This document shows, in pieces, positions 23,801 to 36,118 of a stretch of 64,000 nucleotides of DNA; the first letter of the stretch is position 1; every line of letters starts with the position of its first letter. The DNA comes from Naegleria gruberi. Lineage: Eukaryota. The notes beneath the pieces were generated by a model, which made no database searches, had not been told where the DNA came from, and saw only the letters and a list, made by a program, of their open reading frames with translations. Made by a program: the position numbers and the translations under genes. The DNA is taken from NCBI GenBank assembly GCA_000004985.1, contig GG738880.1. One strand, 5' to 3'.

Positions 23801-24281
23801 ACAAGATACTGAAATGATTGAAACCATCTCGGATGACAGAGGTTACGACCTCTTTGAACAATTCTGCATCCAAGAATTAGCTACAGAAAATCTCTACCTC
23901 TTGGAATTACTGAGATACAATCCAGAGTTTGTGGAAGGAAGAAGTATGAATGAATTGCCAAACTTTTTAGAAACCATTCATGATTTGTTCATCAAGACTG
24001 GAGCCGTTTCTGAAGTGAATATTCCATCAACAACTAGAAAGAGATTCCTGCAAATGATGAAACTTGTAAAGGAGGAAAAGAAAATGTCAGTTGAAAAGAT
24101 AACTCTTGAAGTTCAGCAATGTTTTGAAGAATTGCATGATCAAGTTTCTGTTAATTTGGGAGATACCTTTTCAAGATTTGTTCTAACAGAAATTTATGAG
24201 CAATACAGGAATCAACGTGCTTTGAAAATGGAATTGGTCAAACAAGCCAATATTGATATTGAATTGGAAAATTTGAAATAA
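17834..24281 (+). CDS. Giant adhesion-GPCR-like receptor: signal peptide, Kelch-like beta-propeller, ~25 tenascin-type EGF-like repeats, GPS/GAIN motif, 7TM domain and C-terminal RGS domain; 2 exons (17834..21158, 21208..24281)
   Basis: ORF 17834..21193 (1119 aa) has an N-terminal hydrophobic signal sequence. It has Kelch-like blades (YAFGGNDS, YLFGGDST, YLIGGISNGGVYDNGIFRAN, VYVIGGKNNETDDNRIVYSVPLNDLE). From ~18990 to ~20740 there are repeated CSGxGxCxxxxxCxCxxGYxGxxC EGF modules. ORF 21201..24281 (1026 aa) is in the +1 frame. The join is made by a short intron: donor GTAATT at 21159 (49 nt) or GTTTAG at 21171 (37 nt), with acceptor ..TTGACAG at 21207. Both options are in frame and give ..LFGC|DSLD... 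Exon 2 carries the GPS motif CMYWNEEVSMWKSDGCQYSNSSKDSIICQCTHTTKFS (~22591..22710). Seven hydrophobic helices follow (~22790..23760). Then comes an RGS domain DRGYDLFEQFCIQELATENLYLLELLRYNPEF..FSRFVLTEIYEQY (~23836..24220). Confidence 0.8.
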
Positions 24282-24411
24282 ATTTATTACCTTTTTCAGA
24301 ACAATCGACAATAAGAGTATTGTGATAATTATTAATACTTGAAGAATATTAATCTAATTGAGGTTTTAGAAAGAAATGAAGATACACTAAAAATTGTCTT
24401 GGTTTTGACCT

Positions 24412-27400
24412 TTAAAAAAGATCATCTTCTCTTGCTTGTTCAGCTACAAAAATCTTCATCTTCTCCATTACTCTCCTAGAAATATAGAACAAGTGTGTAT
24501 CAGAAAGTCTTTCAAAGAGTGGGGAATTGTACAAGTGTTCCAATAACATGCAAGTTTCTGGGAGAATGCCTTCACCATGTAATTCTTCCAAGCAATATTC
24601 TGTTAATCTGAATATCGAAGTGGCCATGGCAATCTTCTCCTCATCCAAATCTTCATTACTATCAGAAATTACATGTTCAATGAAACTAGAACTGAAGGAC
24701 ATGTATTCAGGGGCAACAAGATCAATATCAATCAAACTAATATAAGCAATAGTAATGCAAACATTTGATAAATATCCAGTAATGTCATCAATAACCTCTT
24801 CAGTTGTGTAAAAGTCCTTATTGGCAAATAATTTCAAAACTCGAATCAATTTTGGAGCCATCTCCTTCATGAACTTGTAAAATCTTTCATCTTTAACACC
24901 CTTTCTACCAGCAGATAGAATAACTCTTCCCAAAGACCATACTGCATTGTGATAGACAATAATCTTCTTTTTCATGATGGAATCATCTTCAAGAGTAGTC
25001 TCCTCATAAAATCTGTCACCTACAACGGCTTCCTTTTTCAAAACCTGAAAGACAAAATCATATAAAAAGTCGTGGGTTGCATCTTGTGGAGTAACCTTGC
25101 CAGTTTCCTTATCAACATCGAATGGACACAAATGGAACAAGTCAGCATTACTCATATTACCAATGGTGTGAACAGCACAATCTCTGGCTCTGTAATTACA
25201 ATGGTTATGGCAAACTCTGACGAATTGTGTGAGGAAGGTGAACATGTCGTGTTTCTGGAAGAGTTCTACAAGAACCTTGCCATCAATATTTCTCATAACA
25301 GCATTAATTGTTGTAGAAAAGGCAGAAATTAAATCTTCAGTCTTGTCAACTTCCTTCAATGTGAAAATATTTTGCATAATTTGCTTCTTTCCATAATCGA
25401 GGAATTTCTCAATAAGATTGGTATCTGAAAAGTGCCTTGTAAATTCCAACGAGTCGTAGAATGAGTCAAAGAGACAAACCACAACAAGGTGATGTTGTCT
25501 CTTCTTTTCTTCTTCAGTGAGATTTTCCAAATCTTCAGGATAAATCAACTCTCCACTTTCACATATCTTTTCAAACAAGTTGGAATATAACTTGTTAAAA
25601 TGTGGTGTGAATCTAGTGTAGGTTCCCTTAGAGTATGATGTTTTGGTAGTGACTATTGGTTGATTGTCATCATCTACGAGAGTAATCTTTCCACTCTCGA
25701 GCTTGTCTGTAACAGCTGTAATAATGACACTGAATTTCACAAAGTTCTGTACAAAGGTCTCGCAAGTTTTCAGAATTTCTAAAATAAAACTCTCCTTCAA
25801 GACTTTCATTTCTGAAATGTAGCTGGCAAGTGAGACACAGGCAGCTTCTCTAATGCTATAGTGACTATCTACAAGCTTTTTAGGCAGCAATTCCATAATT
25901 TCCTTTCTGAAAACATGAATAAACTCAATAATCTCTTTGATTTCATCAGAGGTATCAGCTTGATTGCTAATATGTTCAATTAGACCCCAATTATTCGAGG
26001 CCTCTCCTTCTCTGTTGGTATACAGCTTACTGAAGGCAAATGTGACCAAAATGGCGGTTTGCTTTACTATAATGTCATGAATATCCACTGGTGCTTGTTT
26101 CATTTCTTCCAAAGCATAACGACAGAATGGATCCACAAAATTTTCAATAACAAATTCAACAATTTCATAACTTGGAACAACATTTCCAGTTACTCCACCT
26201 TTTTTCAAGACATCATTAATTATTCAAATTTGTAATTTAACAATATTAAATGAAATATTAAATATGAAATTAACATCAAATGATAAAATTTCTCACATAC
26301 CTCCTAGAGTAATATTAGTTGTGAGCATTTCTCTCACTAGAATACCCACACAATTGTAGGCCTTTTGACGAACAGTCCAACTGACTTTTCCTCTATTTCT
26401 TCCCTCCGTCAGTCGTAAAAGAGGATTTGACACACCGGTTACTTTCAAGTCCTCTAAAAGCATTGGTAACAGAGCTATACAAAGTGGCTTACCAAAGCAA
26501 TTGCACAAGGCTCCTACTACTGTTTGTGAGTGAGCTCGTATGCTGTCCATATTTCTAAGTAGACCCTCTCGAATGTGAGATTGAGTACTCTCATATTCAC
26601 TAAACTCGTAAATTAAAGGAAGGAATGGTTCGAACATATAATCCTTGATGATGTGAGCAATGAATCTCTTCATGTCCTTGATTTGTGCAATTGTAAGATT
26701 GGTTTTGAGTGGATCCGAGAAGGTTGAATGTTGCATTGTTGATGATGGTGTTGTTGTTGTTCTTATTTCATCTAGCTCGTTTGCTCCAACAGTTCTGAAA
26801 CCTCTTCCGTCAAATACATCCTCAAGTTCATCTTCTTCATCTTCGTCGTCTTCATCCTCTTCGTCTTCCTCATCGAGAGCCATTTGTTGATCTTCTCTGT
26901 GAGTTGAAGTAATTGAAGAGATGAATACTCCCCAATAAATTAAGCATTCCTTCAATAGTCTTTCTTCAATGATATTTCTATTCCATTGAGTAATTTCCGA
27001 AGAGGTGGCATTATCGAGAGTGTGTTTTACCTTTCTATCATAGAAATACTTGAGTAGAATGAATTGGAAGAAGGGTAAACTTTGGAAAGTCGATCCCTTC
27101 AATTCTGGTGCTTTCTTCTTCTTGATTGCATTCAAAATTCGCTGTCTATCTGTTAATTTTGGTTTTGGACCAAATTCATGTAAGTATTTAATTCCCCAAG
27201 GTAATAACTCTGTTAAAAAACTAGTAAGGAAATAATACATGAGCATTACCCAATTGGGTATTGAATCATTCTCATTAGTATAAATAACTGTAGCAGCATG
27301 TGTCCTCCACGGAAGAACCTTAAAAGTATTATCCTCTTCCTCTGCCCACTTTTCATAATCATACTCCTTGTAATTATCCATGAATATCTGATAGGATTTT

Positions 27401-27855
27401 TCATATAATTTATAAATCTTACTGTGCAATAGCAAGACATGATTAAATAATGGTTCAAAGAATTCAAAGTCAATATCTTGTCCAAGCTTTATATGATAAA
27501 TAAGATACCTAAAAGATAAAATCATTGTTCTAATATTCAGTACTATTTCATCATCACTCGATTGAAAAAGATTGTCGGTTATTATCAACTCTCTATACTT
27601 TCCTTCCACCTCCAAAAACGACTCCAAAATATTCATTGTCCTTTTTTGTGTCTCATCGACAGACATTTCTTCATGCTTTGAATAGGTCTTATCCTTTTCA
27701 AAAGATACTAGATTTGTTACAAACATCCGATGCTTCTCACTCGGAATGTTGGCTTGCAAATGCTTCACCAGCTTATCAAAAAAGCTTTTAATATCAAACG
27801 TCGTTGATGATGGTGTTGAAGCTTCTTGTTGTTGAGGCATTTTTTTTGTGTTCAT
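24412..27855 (-). CDS. Large alpha-helical (ARM/HEAT-like) protein with internal poly-acidic tract, unassigned family; 2 exons (26293..27855, 24412..26198)
   Basis: The minus-strand ORFs 26293..27939 (548 aa) and 24412..26208 (598 aa) are joined by a 94-nt AT-rich intron (26199..26292). The donor is GTATGT and the acceptor is ..AAAAAAG. The phase-1 junction reconstitutes GGT (..NITLGG-G-GVTGNVVPSYE..). Likely ATGs are at 27855 or 27840, both after A-runs. The ORF caller's 27939 start is a TTG. There is a DEEDEEDEDDEDEEDELED acidic block. I cannot assign the family. Confidence 0.6.
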
Positions 27856-28361
27856 CTTCAAATTTTCATATTTTTGAAACGGAAATTTTTTTGTTGAACA
27901 AATATTGCAACAATTTTGAGCGGAATGATTAAATCTCAAAGAAAAAATCTCATCCTATTTACAAAGTTTATTGTATTTGATATTAAATTTTTCTTGGAAT
28001 GTTTTAGAAGCCATTAAAGAAGATGTTGTTATTGGCGCACTTTTTTTGGTAACGCTTCCAAATAGCAGTTCGATGTCGCATTTTTCAATTTTTAAAAAAA
28101 TTTATTAAAAAAAATTGATCGAACACATCATCAATAATTTCTCTTTGTTGTTGGAAAATCTTCTTTTTTGATTGTGGCCACAATACACCGACAAACAATA
28201 GCAACAGCAATAGTATATTTAGTAAATTGCAGAGGCTTATAGAAGAATACAACATTATAAGAACAACAACAACAATTTTGGATCTGAAAGAAACAATCTT
28301 TGGATACCAATTATACTAGTAGTAGAATAGATAGTAATTTATTTACATTTTAATCGGAAAG

Positions 28362-31300
28362 ATGAATGATTACGTAGCCAACTATTTAATCAAGAATAAT
28401 TTCATGCTCACTGCATTGGAATTCTATCAAGAACTTTTGGAAGAAGGACAAGAATTAAAACTTTTGAGAGATTACTTTGAAAACAAGGAATATAAGAATG
28501 AACAAGCATCATCATCCAACAGCAATGGTATGATGATTCAAGTCGATTCACAACATACAAAAGCTCTCGAAGAACAATTAAAAAAGAAGGATGAAACCAT
28601 TTCAATGATGGAATACGAAATTAGACTTCTCCAATCAGATATTGCCAAATTAAAAGGTCAAGCAAAGGAAAGTTTTGTTATACCAACAGTAAACAAAACA
28701 GCTAAAGCAAATGAAAACACTGAAGGTAATGAAGATGAAAATGCCGAAGGAAATGATGAACCTACAACACCAAATGTAGATCACAAGATGGCCTCCGAAC
28801 CATTAACAGTACACGAAAAGCAAGTTGTAAATTATCTTGTTAAAGATTACTTGGTTAAACAAGGATATAAAATCAGTGCTATTAGTTTCACTGATGAAGT
28901 ACACGAAATGGACATGTTCAATTTAGATGAAGTTTTATCAAATAGTGATGAAAATGAATTGCCAATAGGTTTGTCATATCTGTATAGACACTATTATAGT
29001 GGAGGTGATAAGACCAAACAAAATATGAAGGACACAAAGGCACTCAGAGAAGCTCTTGCTCAATTGGAACAAAAGGATAAATTGATTCAATCTTTGGAAA
29101 AGTCAATTCAACGTCAAGATAAAGCAATAGAAAAGCTCAAGTCTCAACTTGAATCTAATGCAACATCAGCAACTACTTCAGATGAAACACCACTAAATTC
29201 AAGCACTGATGAATCTAACTCAGTTGTTTCACAAGATGTTATGGTACTTCAAGCCAAACTTAGAGAATTTGAAAATCAAGAATCGAGTATTATTCAAATT
29301 TTGGGTGAAAAACTCCCTGCTCTTTTGGAAACAGCCAAATCAAACAAGAGACAAGAATTCATGCCAATTCTTGTTGCAACCCTCCAATCACACCCAGATG
29401 CCGAAGTGAGAGAAACACTCTCCGAATCTCTATTCAATCTCATCAAGAAACCTGATGATCAACAACGTCAAATGATCATTAATGGATGTATTAGTTTAGC
29501 TAGACGTATTTCTCCAGATAGATTTGAAAAGGAACTTCTCCCTCAATGTTGGAAACAAATTACTCACAAGTATACTGAAAGAAAAATACTGGTTGCTGAG
29601 GCCTGTGGTGAATTATCTCACTACGTAAAGGCCTCTCTGAGACCAACAATGCTCTTGACAACTCTCTTCAAACTCATGGAAGATAAAACTGATGAAGTGA
29701 GAGCTTCAGTTGTTATCAACTTGGCCAAATTAGTCAAGACTTTCACAGAGGAAGAAGATGTTGAAAGTAAGAGTAAATATTTCCAAATCGAAGAAATGAC
29801 ACTCAAATTCCTGTACGATAAGTCAGAAGCTGTTGAAGATGCTGCAACAACACAACTTGTACCATCTCTCATAACATGGTGCTTTACCTTTGATTATTTA
29901 TTTGAAAAGTTTGCTCCAACCCTGTTGAGTAACATTGAGAATTTGATTAAGAAGAGACTCAAGAGTGGATCAAATGCCAGTAGCTCCAAGATTGTTGTCC
30001 TTTTGAGATGTTTCAGTGGTGTCATACCATACATTCTCAAATTAATGACCAAGACAATGCCAGCAGAAATTCACAACTCTGAAAATACCAAGGATGAACA
30101 ATCCATGAAAAAGATTATGGATAAGTATATTGGAGAAACTTCTCTTTCGGATTTGGAAAAGACCAAGTCTGCATCTTGGAAGGGTCTTTACTGGTTACTC
30201 AATGTTTGCACCAGAAGACTCTTATCTGTTGCTGCCTCTGTAAACATTGAACATACCAATGTAAGTATATGGATTTTAATTGTTAATATCAACAATATTT
30301 AAAGATTTCTAAAGAAATTTACACAATTTTCAATGGATTATGTGAAGCATTTGGAGAACCTGTTATTTCAAAGATTTTCGAACAAAAGATTGTTTCCCTC
30401 TTGGAAACAAGCTCAGACACCATCATTGACGGAACTATTGAAGTTGTAAAGAAGGAAAAGGACACTGAAAGAACCAGTGTAACTATTGTAAAGGAAAGAC
30501 TCTTACCAGTGTATATTTGTGGTGTATTACCATTCAGTCCTAAGGAAAGAATTTCTGAAGTACTGAGAACACTCATTATCAATGTATCCATCTCAGAGAG
30601 AACATGGGAAAGCTCACATATGCCATTCTTGTACAATGCCCTTATTAGCGGTGTAACCATGAATGAAAAGCTGAGAAATGACATTCTTACTGTTGTATGC
30701 AAACTTGCTGTTAATCCTTCCAAGGTTGTTCGTTCATCAGTTGCTGATATTTTAACTGAATTAATTGAACCATTGGAATCTGAAATTTTGGCAGCTCAAA
30801 TCTTGCCTGCACTCATTACAGTTGCCTCTGATATGGAATCTGACATTAAGATGAAGGCTGTTAGAGGTTTGGGAATTTTGGCATGTAGTTTGAGTGAAGT
30901 AGCAGATTTTAACAAGCTCTCCACTCAATTTGACATGCTTTTAGATTCTAGAGATAGAAGTATGTTCAAGGAAGTGTTGAACGTTTTTTCAGAAATTATT
31001 CCTCAAGTTGATCCATACTTCCGTGATAGTTTCATGATTAAGAAATTAGTCTGGCTAGGTAAACAAAATAACCAAAATAGTGATTTGAGAGATCGTAGAG
31101 ATACTGCCAATTTATTATTGGACAATTATCGTGCTCTTAATGGATGTATTATGACCGATGAAATTATTTCTGACATTATTGAAGGATTGAAACTCTTGTC
31201 GAATGATTGTGAACTCATTACTGACTCTTCTGTAGCATCATTTGTTTCACAAATGAAAGAAGAATTGGAAGCCATTGTCCAACAACATGCCAAGGAACAA

Positions 31301-31603
31301 ACAAAGGGCTCAACTCTTATTTCATTCTCTGCACTCATTGACAAGATGAAACCAAACATGGAAGGAGGAAGTGGAGCCATGAGTTCTCTTGCCTCTTCCA
31401 CTGCCAGTATTTTAGGATCCAAGGAAAATAATTCTCCAAACAATGCCACATCAACAGCCTCTACAACAGCCAACAATAATCCTTCAAACAACTCGACCAA
31501 TTGGCAAGGTATTGGAAGTGGTAATCCTGGTAAATCAAATGAAGAAGTTAAGGAAAATCTTAAAAAGATCTTTACTTTTGGTTTGGCAGGCAAGAAGCAA
31601 TAA
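28362..31603 (+). CDS. LisH + coiled-coil + HEAT-repeat protein (RELCH/KIAA1468-like architecture); 2 exons (28362..30260, 30305..31603)
   Basis: The N-terminus has two LisH-like motifs (MNDYVANYLIKNNFMLTALEFYQELLEEG; HEKQVVNYLVKDYLVKQGYKISAISFTDEV) flanking coiled-coil segments. HEAT-like repeats follow. Donor GTAAGT at 30261 and acceptor ..TTTAAAG at 30304 define a 44-nt, phase-0 intron. The downstream frame is open from 30305 (ISKEIYTIFNGLCEAFGEPVISKIFEQKIVSLLETSSDT..), well before the ORF caller's alternative start at 30401. Confidence 0.6.
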
Positions 31604-31690
31604 ACTTTGTTTACTTTCTTCCCAAATCTTGCTTCAAAAAATGTATATTCGGTGCAGATCATTTATGAGAAAGTTTCAATAGTTGTTTTA

Positions 31691-32707
31691 TTATGGCTTG
31701 TCAATTTTAATCTTGTACAATTCCTTGCCATTCTTATCCATTGCAATCATGTAAATGAATGATTTTTGAATTTCCACAGCAAAGAATCCAGAGTCATTGT
31801 AAACATTACTCGAATACTTGTTGTAAACTGTTGGTCTAGTATTCCCAGCTCCTCCTCCAGAGATGACATAGTTTGTAACTTCATTTGGATCCTTAAGCCA
31901 ATTCAAAAAGTGGTCATGTCCTGAAAGATAGAGTGGAAGCTTGTACTTTTTAAAGAGAGGCAAATAATTCTCAATGAGAGTGGTAGTATCTCCGTGTATT
32001 CCGGCTGAATAAACAGGATGATGTCCTAAAACTATACTCCAAGTATTTGTCTTTCCATAATTTTCCTTCAACACGCTCTCAATCATATTCAATTGATCTT
32101 GCTTAAATGCTGATTGTTCCTTTACATATTGTTGATTCATGAGTGAATCTGGTTGAAATGTATTTGTATCAGTCACAACGAATGATACATTAAATCCTCC
32201 CAAAGTTGATGTCTTGTTAAATATGTAATAATATGCTGGCAAATCCCATAGTGAGCTCTTGTATTGAATTTGAGCATTTGGATTATTTCTATAATCATGA
32301 TTTCCCAGCATTAATTTCCAAGGTAAATTCTTTGTTCCATTATATTGAGAATAGATATTTTCAAATTTAGTTGCAAACTGTTCATCAGTGGCACTTCCAA
32401 CTCCATAATCATAAATATTATCCCCCACTCCAATAACAAATGAACACTTCTTCACTCGGTCACAGTAGTCTCCCATACTCTTTGCCACACTCACTTGGTC
32501 AGCATTGGCTCTTCCCTGATCCCCAACTACTAGAAAATGTAAATAATCATCCGAAGCTGTATACACTGGATCTGGATAGATATTGATATTTTGTCTGCCA
32601 AATATCACTGAAGGCACAATAATTATTACCAAACAAACAGCAAAGCATGCCAACAAGAATAACGCCAAGATGAAGAGTATAATACCCAACCTCAGCTTTC
32701 TATTCAT
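31691..32707 (-). CDS. Purple/tartrate-resistant acid phosphatase-like metallophosphoesterase (ACP5-like), N-terminal signal anchor
   Basis: 338-aa ORF. It carries the metallophosphatase motifs GDQG, GDNIYDYG, GNHDY, GHHPVYS and GHDH in canonical order, plus an N-terminal hydrophobic stretch. Confidence 0.8.
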   Translation of the reverse strand: MNRKLRLGIILFILALFLLACFAVCLVIIIVPSVIFGRQNINIYPDPVYTASDDYLHFLVVGDQGRANADQVSVAKSMGDYCDRVKKCSFVIGVGDNIYDYGVGSATDEQFATKFENIYSQYNGTKNLPWKLMLGNHDYRNNPNAQIQYKSSLWDLPAYYYIFNKTSTLGGFNVSFVVTDTNTFQPDSLMNQQYVKEQSAFKQDQLNMIESVLKENYGKTNTWSIVLGHHPVYSAGIHGDTTTLIENYLPLFKKYKLPLYLSGHDHFLNWLKDPNEVTNYVISGGGAGNTRPTVYNKYSSNVYNDSGFFAVEIQKSFIYMIAMDKNGKELYKIKIDKP

Positions 32708-33071
32708 TTTTTTGAATTTGAATCATCAGAATCATTGAAAGTTGAATGTCATCCAAGTTCATTAATGGAAACCAGCATCACAAATATTCGGAGAAAAGAA
32801 TAAACATTTCACAAAAGTTCCAAATATTGTTATTATCCAATAGTTGAATAAATTTTTCATTCGTATCTACTTGAATATAGATTGTATTAAACTCACCCCG
32901 AATACTTTTCATTTACTTCCATTGGTGTGGTGGCGCCTTCATCACGTAGTTCCATTTTTTTTCTGTAATTTCTTAGTGAAATTTGCCGCCAAAATTATTT
33001 TGGAATACTTTGATGATTCTCGAACTCTTAAATATTGAAATAAGATGCTGATTAAGGAATATATTTATATT

Positions 33072-34344
33072 TTACAATTCATCTTTGAGAGATTTGAAAG
33101 CTTGATCACCACCAATGACTCTATCCAAAAGGAGAGAAGCTTCAGAGAGTTCAGTAATGGATTGTTTGAGGGCAAACTTCTTCTTGCTTGCTCTATAGAC
33201 GACAATTTGCCATCCTTCTTGAGAATCAATTGAGAAGAGTCCTCTCAATGAAGTATCAACATCAGAACCAGAGTTGACTTGGAGAATGGTATTTTCTGGA
33301 TACTTTTCAGCAAGTTGCTTGAGTTGTGATTCAGTTTGAGAATCAACAAAGCCAATAACACACATTCTTTCACACTTCTTATTCAAAGTTTCCTTATCTT
33401 CAACAATGGTGATTGGAGCTGCCTTCTTTTTTCTTGGAACAGGAACTGGAGCAGAACGGTCACCCTTTGGAATGTTTGCTTCAACAAATTGAACCATAGA
33501 ACCCTTCTTCAATTGACCATCATATTTAACATAATCTTCCAATGATTGACCATTCTTAAAGACAAGCAATGCTGGTGTCTTTTCAATGCCAAACTTTTCA
33601 ATTAATTTATCACCTCCAACAAAGGCAAAATCAACCTTTCTGCTTGTAAATTCAACAGCAATTGATTTGAATAAATTAGGATTTGCAGTCTTACTGCTGA
33701 ACAAGACAACTTTAGCATTTTGAGATGAATTTTCATCGAGAATCCATGAATCCAAATCTTCATCAATCTTTTTAACTGGATCCTTAACTGCATTCAACAA
33801 GGAGAGAGCAGCACTGACAATACTTGATGATTCTCTAGCTCCTTGATAATCTTCTGGCTTGGCCTTGGATGATTTATAGGCAGGGAAGATTTTAATAGTT
33901 GGGAAGCCACGAATTCCGAATCTTTGGGCCAATCCCTTTTCATTATCACAATTAATACGTCCAATATTTACAACACCTCCAAGTGATTTAGCAGCCTTAT
34001 CATATTCTGTTGTTTTAAACCATTGAATTTAACAAGGATGATAATTTCCACACACAATTTTAAAATTCCAAAGATTGTGTGCAAGATTGTGAAAGATTGT
34101 TGGATGATAATATAAGAGGAAGAAAAGAAAGGAATAACCTACCTGGATGAAGTCTTTGACAATGTCCACACCAAGGAGCAACAAAGGCAACAATCCAAGG
34201 AGCATCACTATTAGTGACCAATCTATCAAAATTCATATCAGTCAAATCAACAACCTCTGGTGAAGAGGATGATGATGCCATCACAGCAACAGCAGCAAAG
34301 GCCACCATCAAGGCAGCCACAACAAACAACTTCCTCGAGTACAT
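33072..34344 (-). CDS. Protein disulfide isomerase family member (one CGHC thioredoxin domain) with C-terminal KDEL; 2 exons (34143..34344, 33072..34006)
   Basis: Exon 1 encodes a signal peptide and ..[12 protein letters not shown], then donor GTAGGT. The 136-nt intron (34007..34142) ends ..AACAG. The phase-1 join gives ..[48 protein letters not shown], a classic thioredoxin-fold continuation. The protein ends ..KSLKDEL followed by a stop. Confidence 0.8.
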
Positions 34345-34525
34345 CTCGTTATCGGAATAATTTTATAAAAATTTGATGAAAGTAATTTTTTTTCAACTTG
34401 ACCATTCCAAAATTCCAAAACACGTGTTTTTTCAAAGCCCTTCGGAATTTGCCTTCTTTCTTCCTCATCATTAGATGATGAATTAATTACATAGAAATTG
34501 AAAAAGATGATGCTAAATAATCATT

Positions 34526-36118
34526 TTACCAAGAAAACATTTTTTTACTTGTTTTTTTCTTTGTTGTTGAAGCTCTTCTGGAACTTCCGAGCTTTCTCTT
34601 CTTTTCTTCGGTGAGGGTAACACCTTTGGATCTTTGATTTTGAGAGATTTTTGATGGAGAAGTTGGTGGAATGACATAGATTGGTAACTTTTTACCACCT
34701 ACATTAGGTGCAGCTCCATTCAAATCGACAACAATCTTGGTTGATTCTGGAGAATCAAGTTTTGGTGTCGATTGGTGATACTTGATTTGTGTCAGGACCT
34801 TTTCATTTCCATGTGGAACATCTGATTTGAATTTGAAGAGATTGAATTGTTTCCCTCCACGAGGGCGTGGTTGTATTGACTTGTTGGCAGTTATCAAAAC
34901 ATCAATATCCTTATCTTGTTCTTCAGGGACAATGGCTGGTCTATTCTTCTTTTTAAGGATGAGATCACTTCGAGAACTGTTATTTATAGTTCTGAACACG
35001 TCGAGTGGAGAGATTGCTCTGCAGTTTCCATGGACTTCCTTGAGATCCTTATTTGTTTCCTTAATTGTCGTCGGGACAGCATTCATTGGACAGCTGTGAG
35101 ATGTGGATTTTGGTATTGTAATTTTGGCCAATGGTTGTTTGTAATGTGGAACACTTATGGCAAAGTCAATTTCCTTTTCATTGCTGGCATTTGTTGGTGA
35201 GCTGTTAATATTTTCACTATTATTTGCAGTTGTTATTGTTACAGTTGTTGCATTACTAATTGTTGAAGAACCATTAGTATTGGTAAAACCAATCACTACA
35301 ACACCGTCCTCTTCATTGATCATCTTCTTTGGGGAGTTTTTGAGTGGAGGAAGATTTGATTTTTCCTCGTCACTATCCGAATGAGAACCATTGGTTCTAA
35401 CTCTATTCACCCTTGAAACATATTCCTTGCTATCAAGAGATTTACAAGTAGGATTTGCTCCTGTCATATTCTTGTTAGGTTGCGGTGATGATCTTGATCT
35501 ACTTCTTGTGTCTTGTTTGAGTTTTTCCAAATCGGTGACACTTTCTTCACGACCTGGTGTTGAACCACGTCTTGTTCTATTCCTAGCCACACCCAACGTA
35601 GGATTTTGAGGTGGTGGATCTCTCTTACTTGGTGTTGTGAATAATCTTGAATTTCCAGTCACAGAAGTAGGTGATGAATTACAATCAGAGTTTAAGGCAC
35701 TATTGAAAATCTTGACAGGATTGGGAATGGAAAATGTGAGCTTCTTAGGGGTTTTACTTGATTTTGGGGAACTAACTTCCTCGAAATGATGATGAGGCGG
35801 TGTTTGAATTGGTGGAGGAGATGATGAATTTATCTTTCTCTTGTGACATGTTTTACAAATAGAAATTTCAGGAGCGGTTATTGGAGTTGTAATGGTAGGA
35901 TTGGTTGTAGATATGGTTCTTCTTCGTTGTGTAAGTTTATAACAATCAAATTGGTCTTGCTGAGTATTAGTCAGTGGATAAATAGTGTTATCACACTCAT
36001 CAAATGAATTACTCTTTGGAATCAGGATTTTCATCTCTTCCGAGTCGAGTGAGTTGAATTCACAGAGAGGATTCTTTGCTTGACATTCACAATGGGATGA
36101 TGAAGCAGAAATTCCCAT
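34526..36118 (-). CDS. S/T/P/K-rich low-complexity protein with N-terminal MGxxxS myristoylation-type motif
   Basis: 530-aa ORF starting MGISASSSHCECQAKNPLCEF... The composition is basic, Ser/Thr/Pro-rich and largely low-complexity. No domain is recognisable. Confidence 0.5.
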   Translation of the reverse strand: MGISASSSHCECQAKNPLCEFNSLDSEEMKILIPKSNSFDECDNTIYPLTNTQQDQFDCYKLTQRRRTISTTNPTITTPITAPEISICKTCHKRKINSSSPPPIQTPPHHHFEEVSSPKSSKTPKKLTFSIPNPVKIFNSALNSDCNSSPTSVTGNSRLFTTPSKRDPPPQNPTLGVARNRTRRGSTPGREESVTDLEKLKQDTRSRSRSSPQPNKNMTGANPTCKSLDSKEYVSRVNRVRTNGSHSDSDEEKSNLPPLKNSPKKMINEEDGVVVIGFTNTNGSSTISNATTVTITTANNSENINSSPTNASNEKEIDFAISVPHYKQPLAKITIPKSTSHSCPMNAVPTTIKETNKDLKEVHGNCRAISPLDVFRTINNSSRSDLILKKKNRPAIVPEEQDKDIDVLITANKSIQPRPRGGKQFNLFKFKSDVPHGNEKVLTQIKYHQSTPKLDSPESTKIVVDLNGAAPNVGGKKLPIYVIPPTSPSKISQNQRSKGVTLTEEKKRKLGSSRRASTTKKKTSKKMFSW

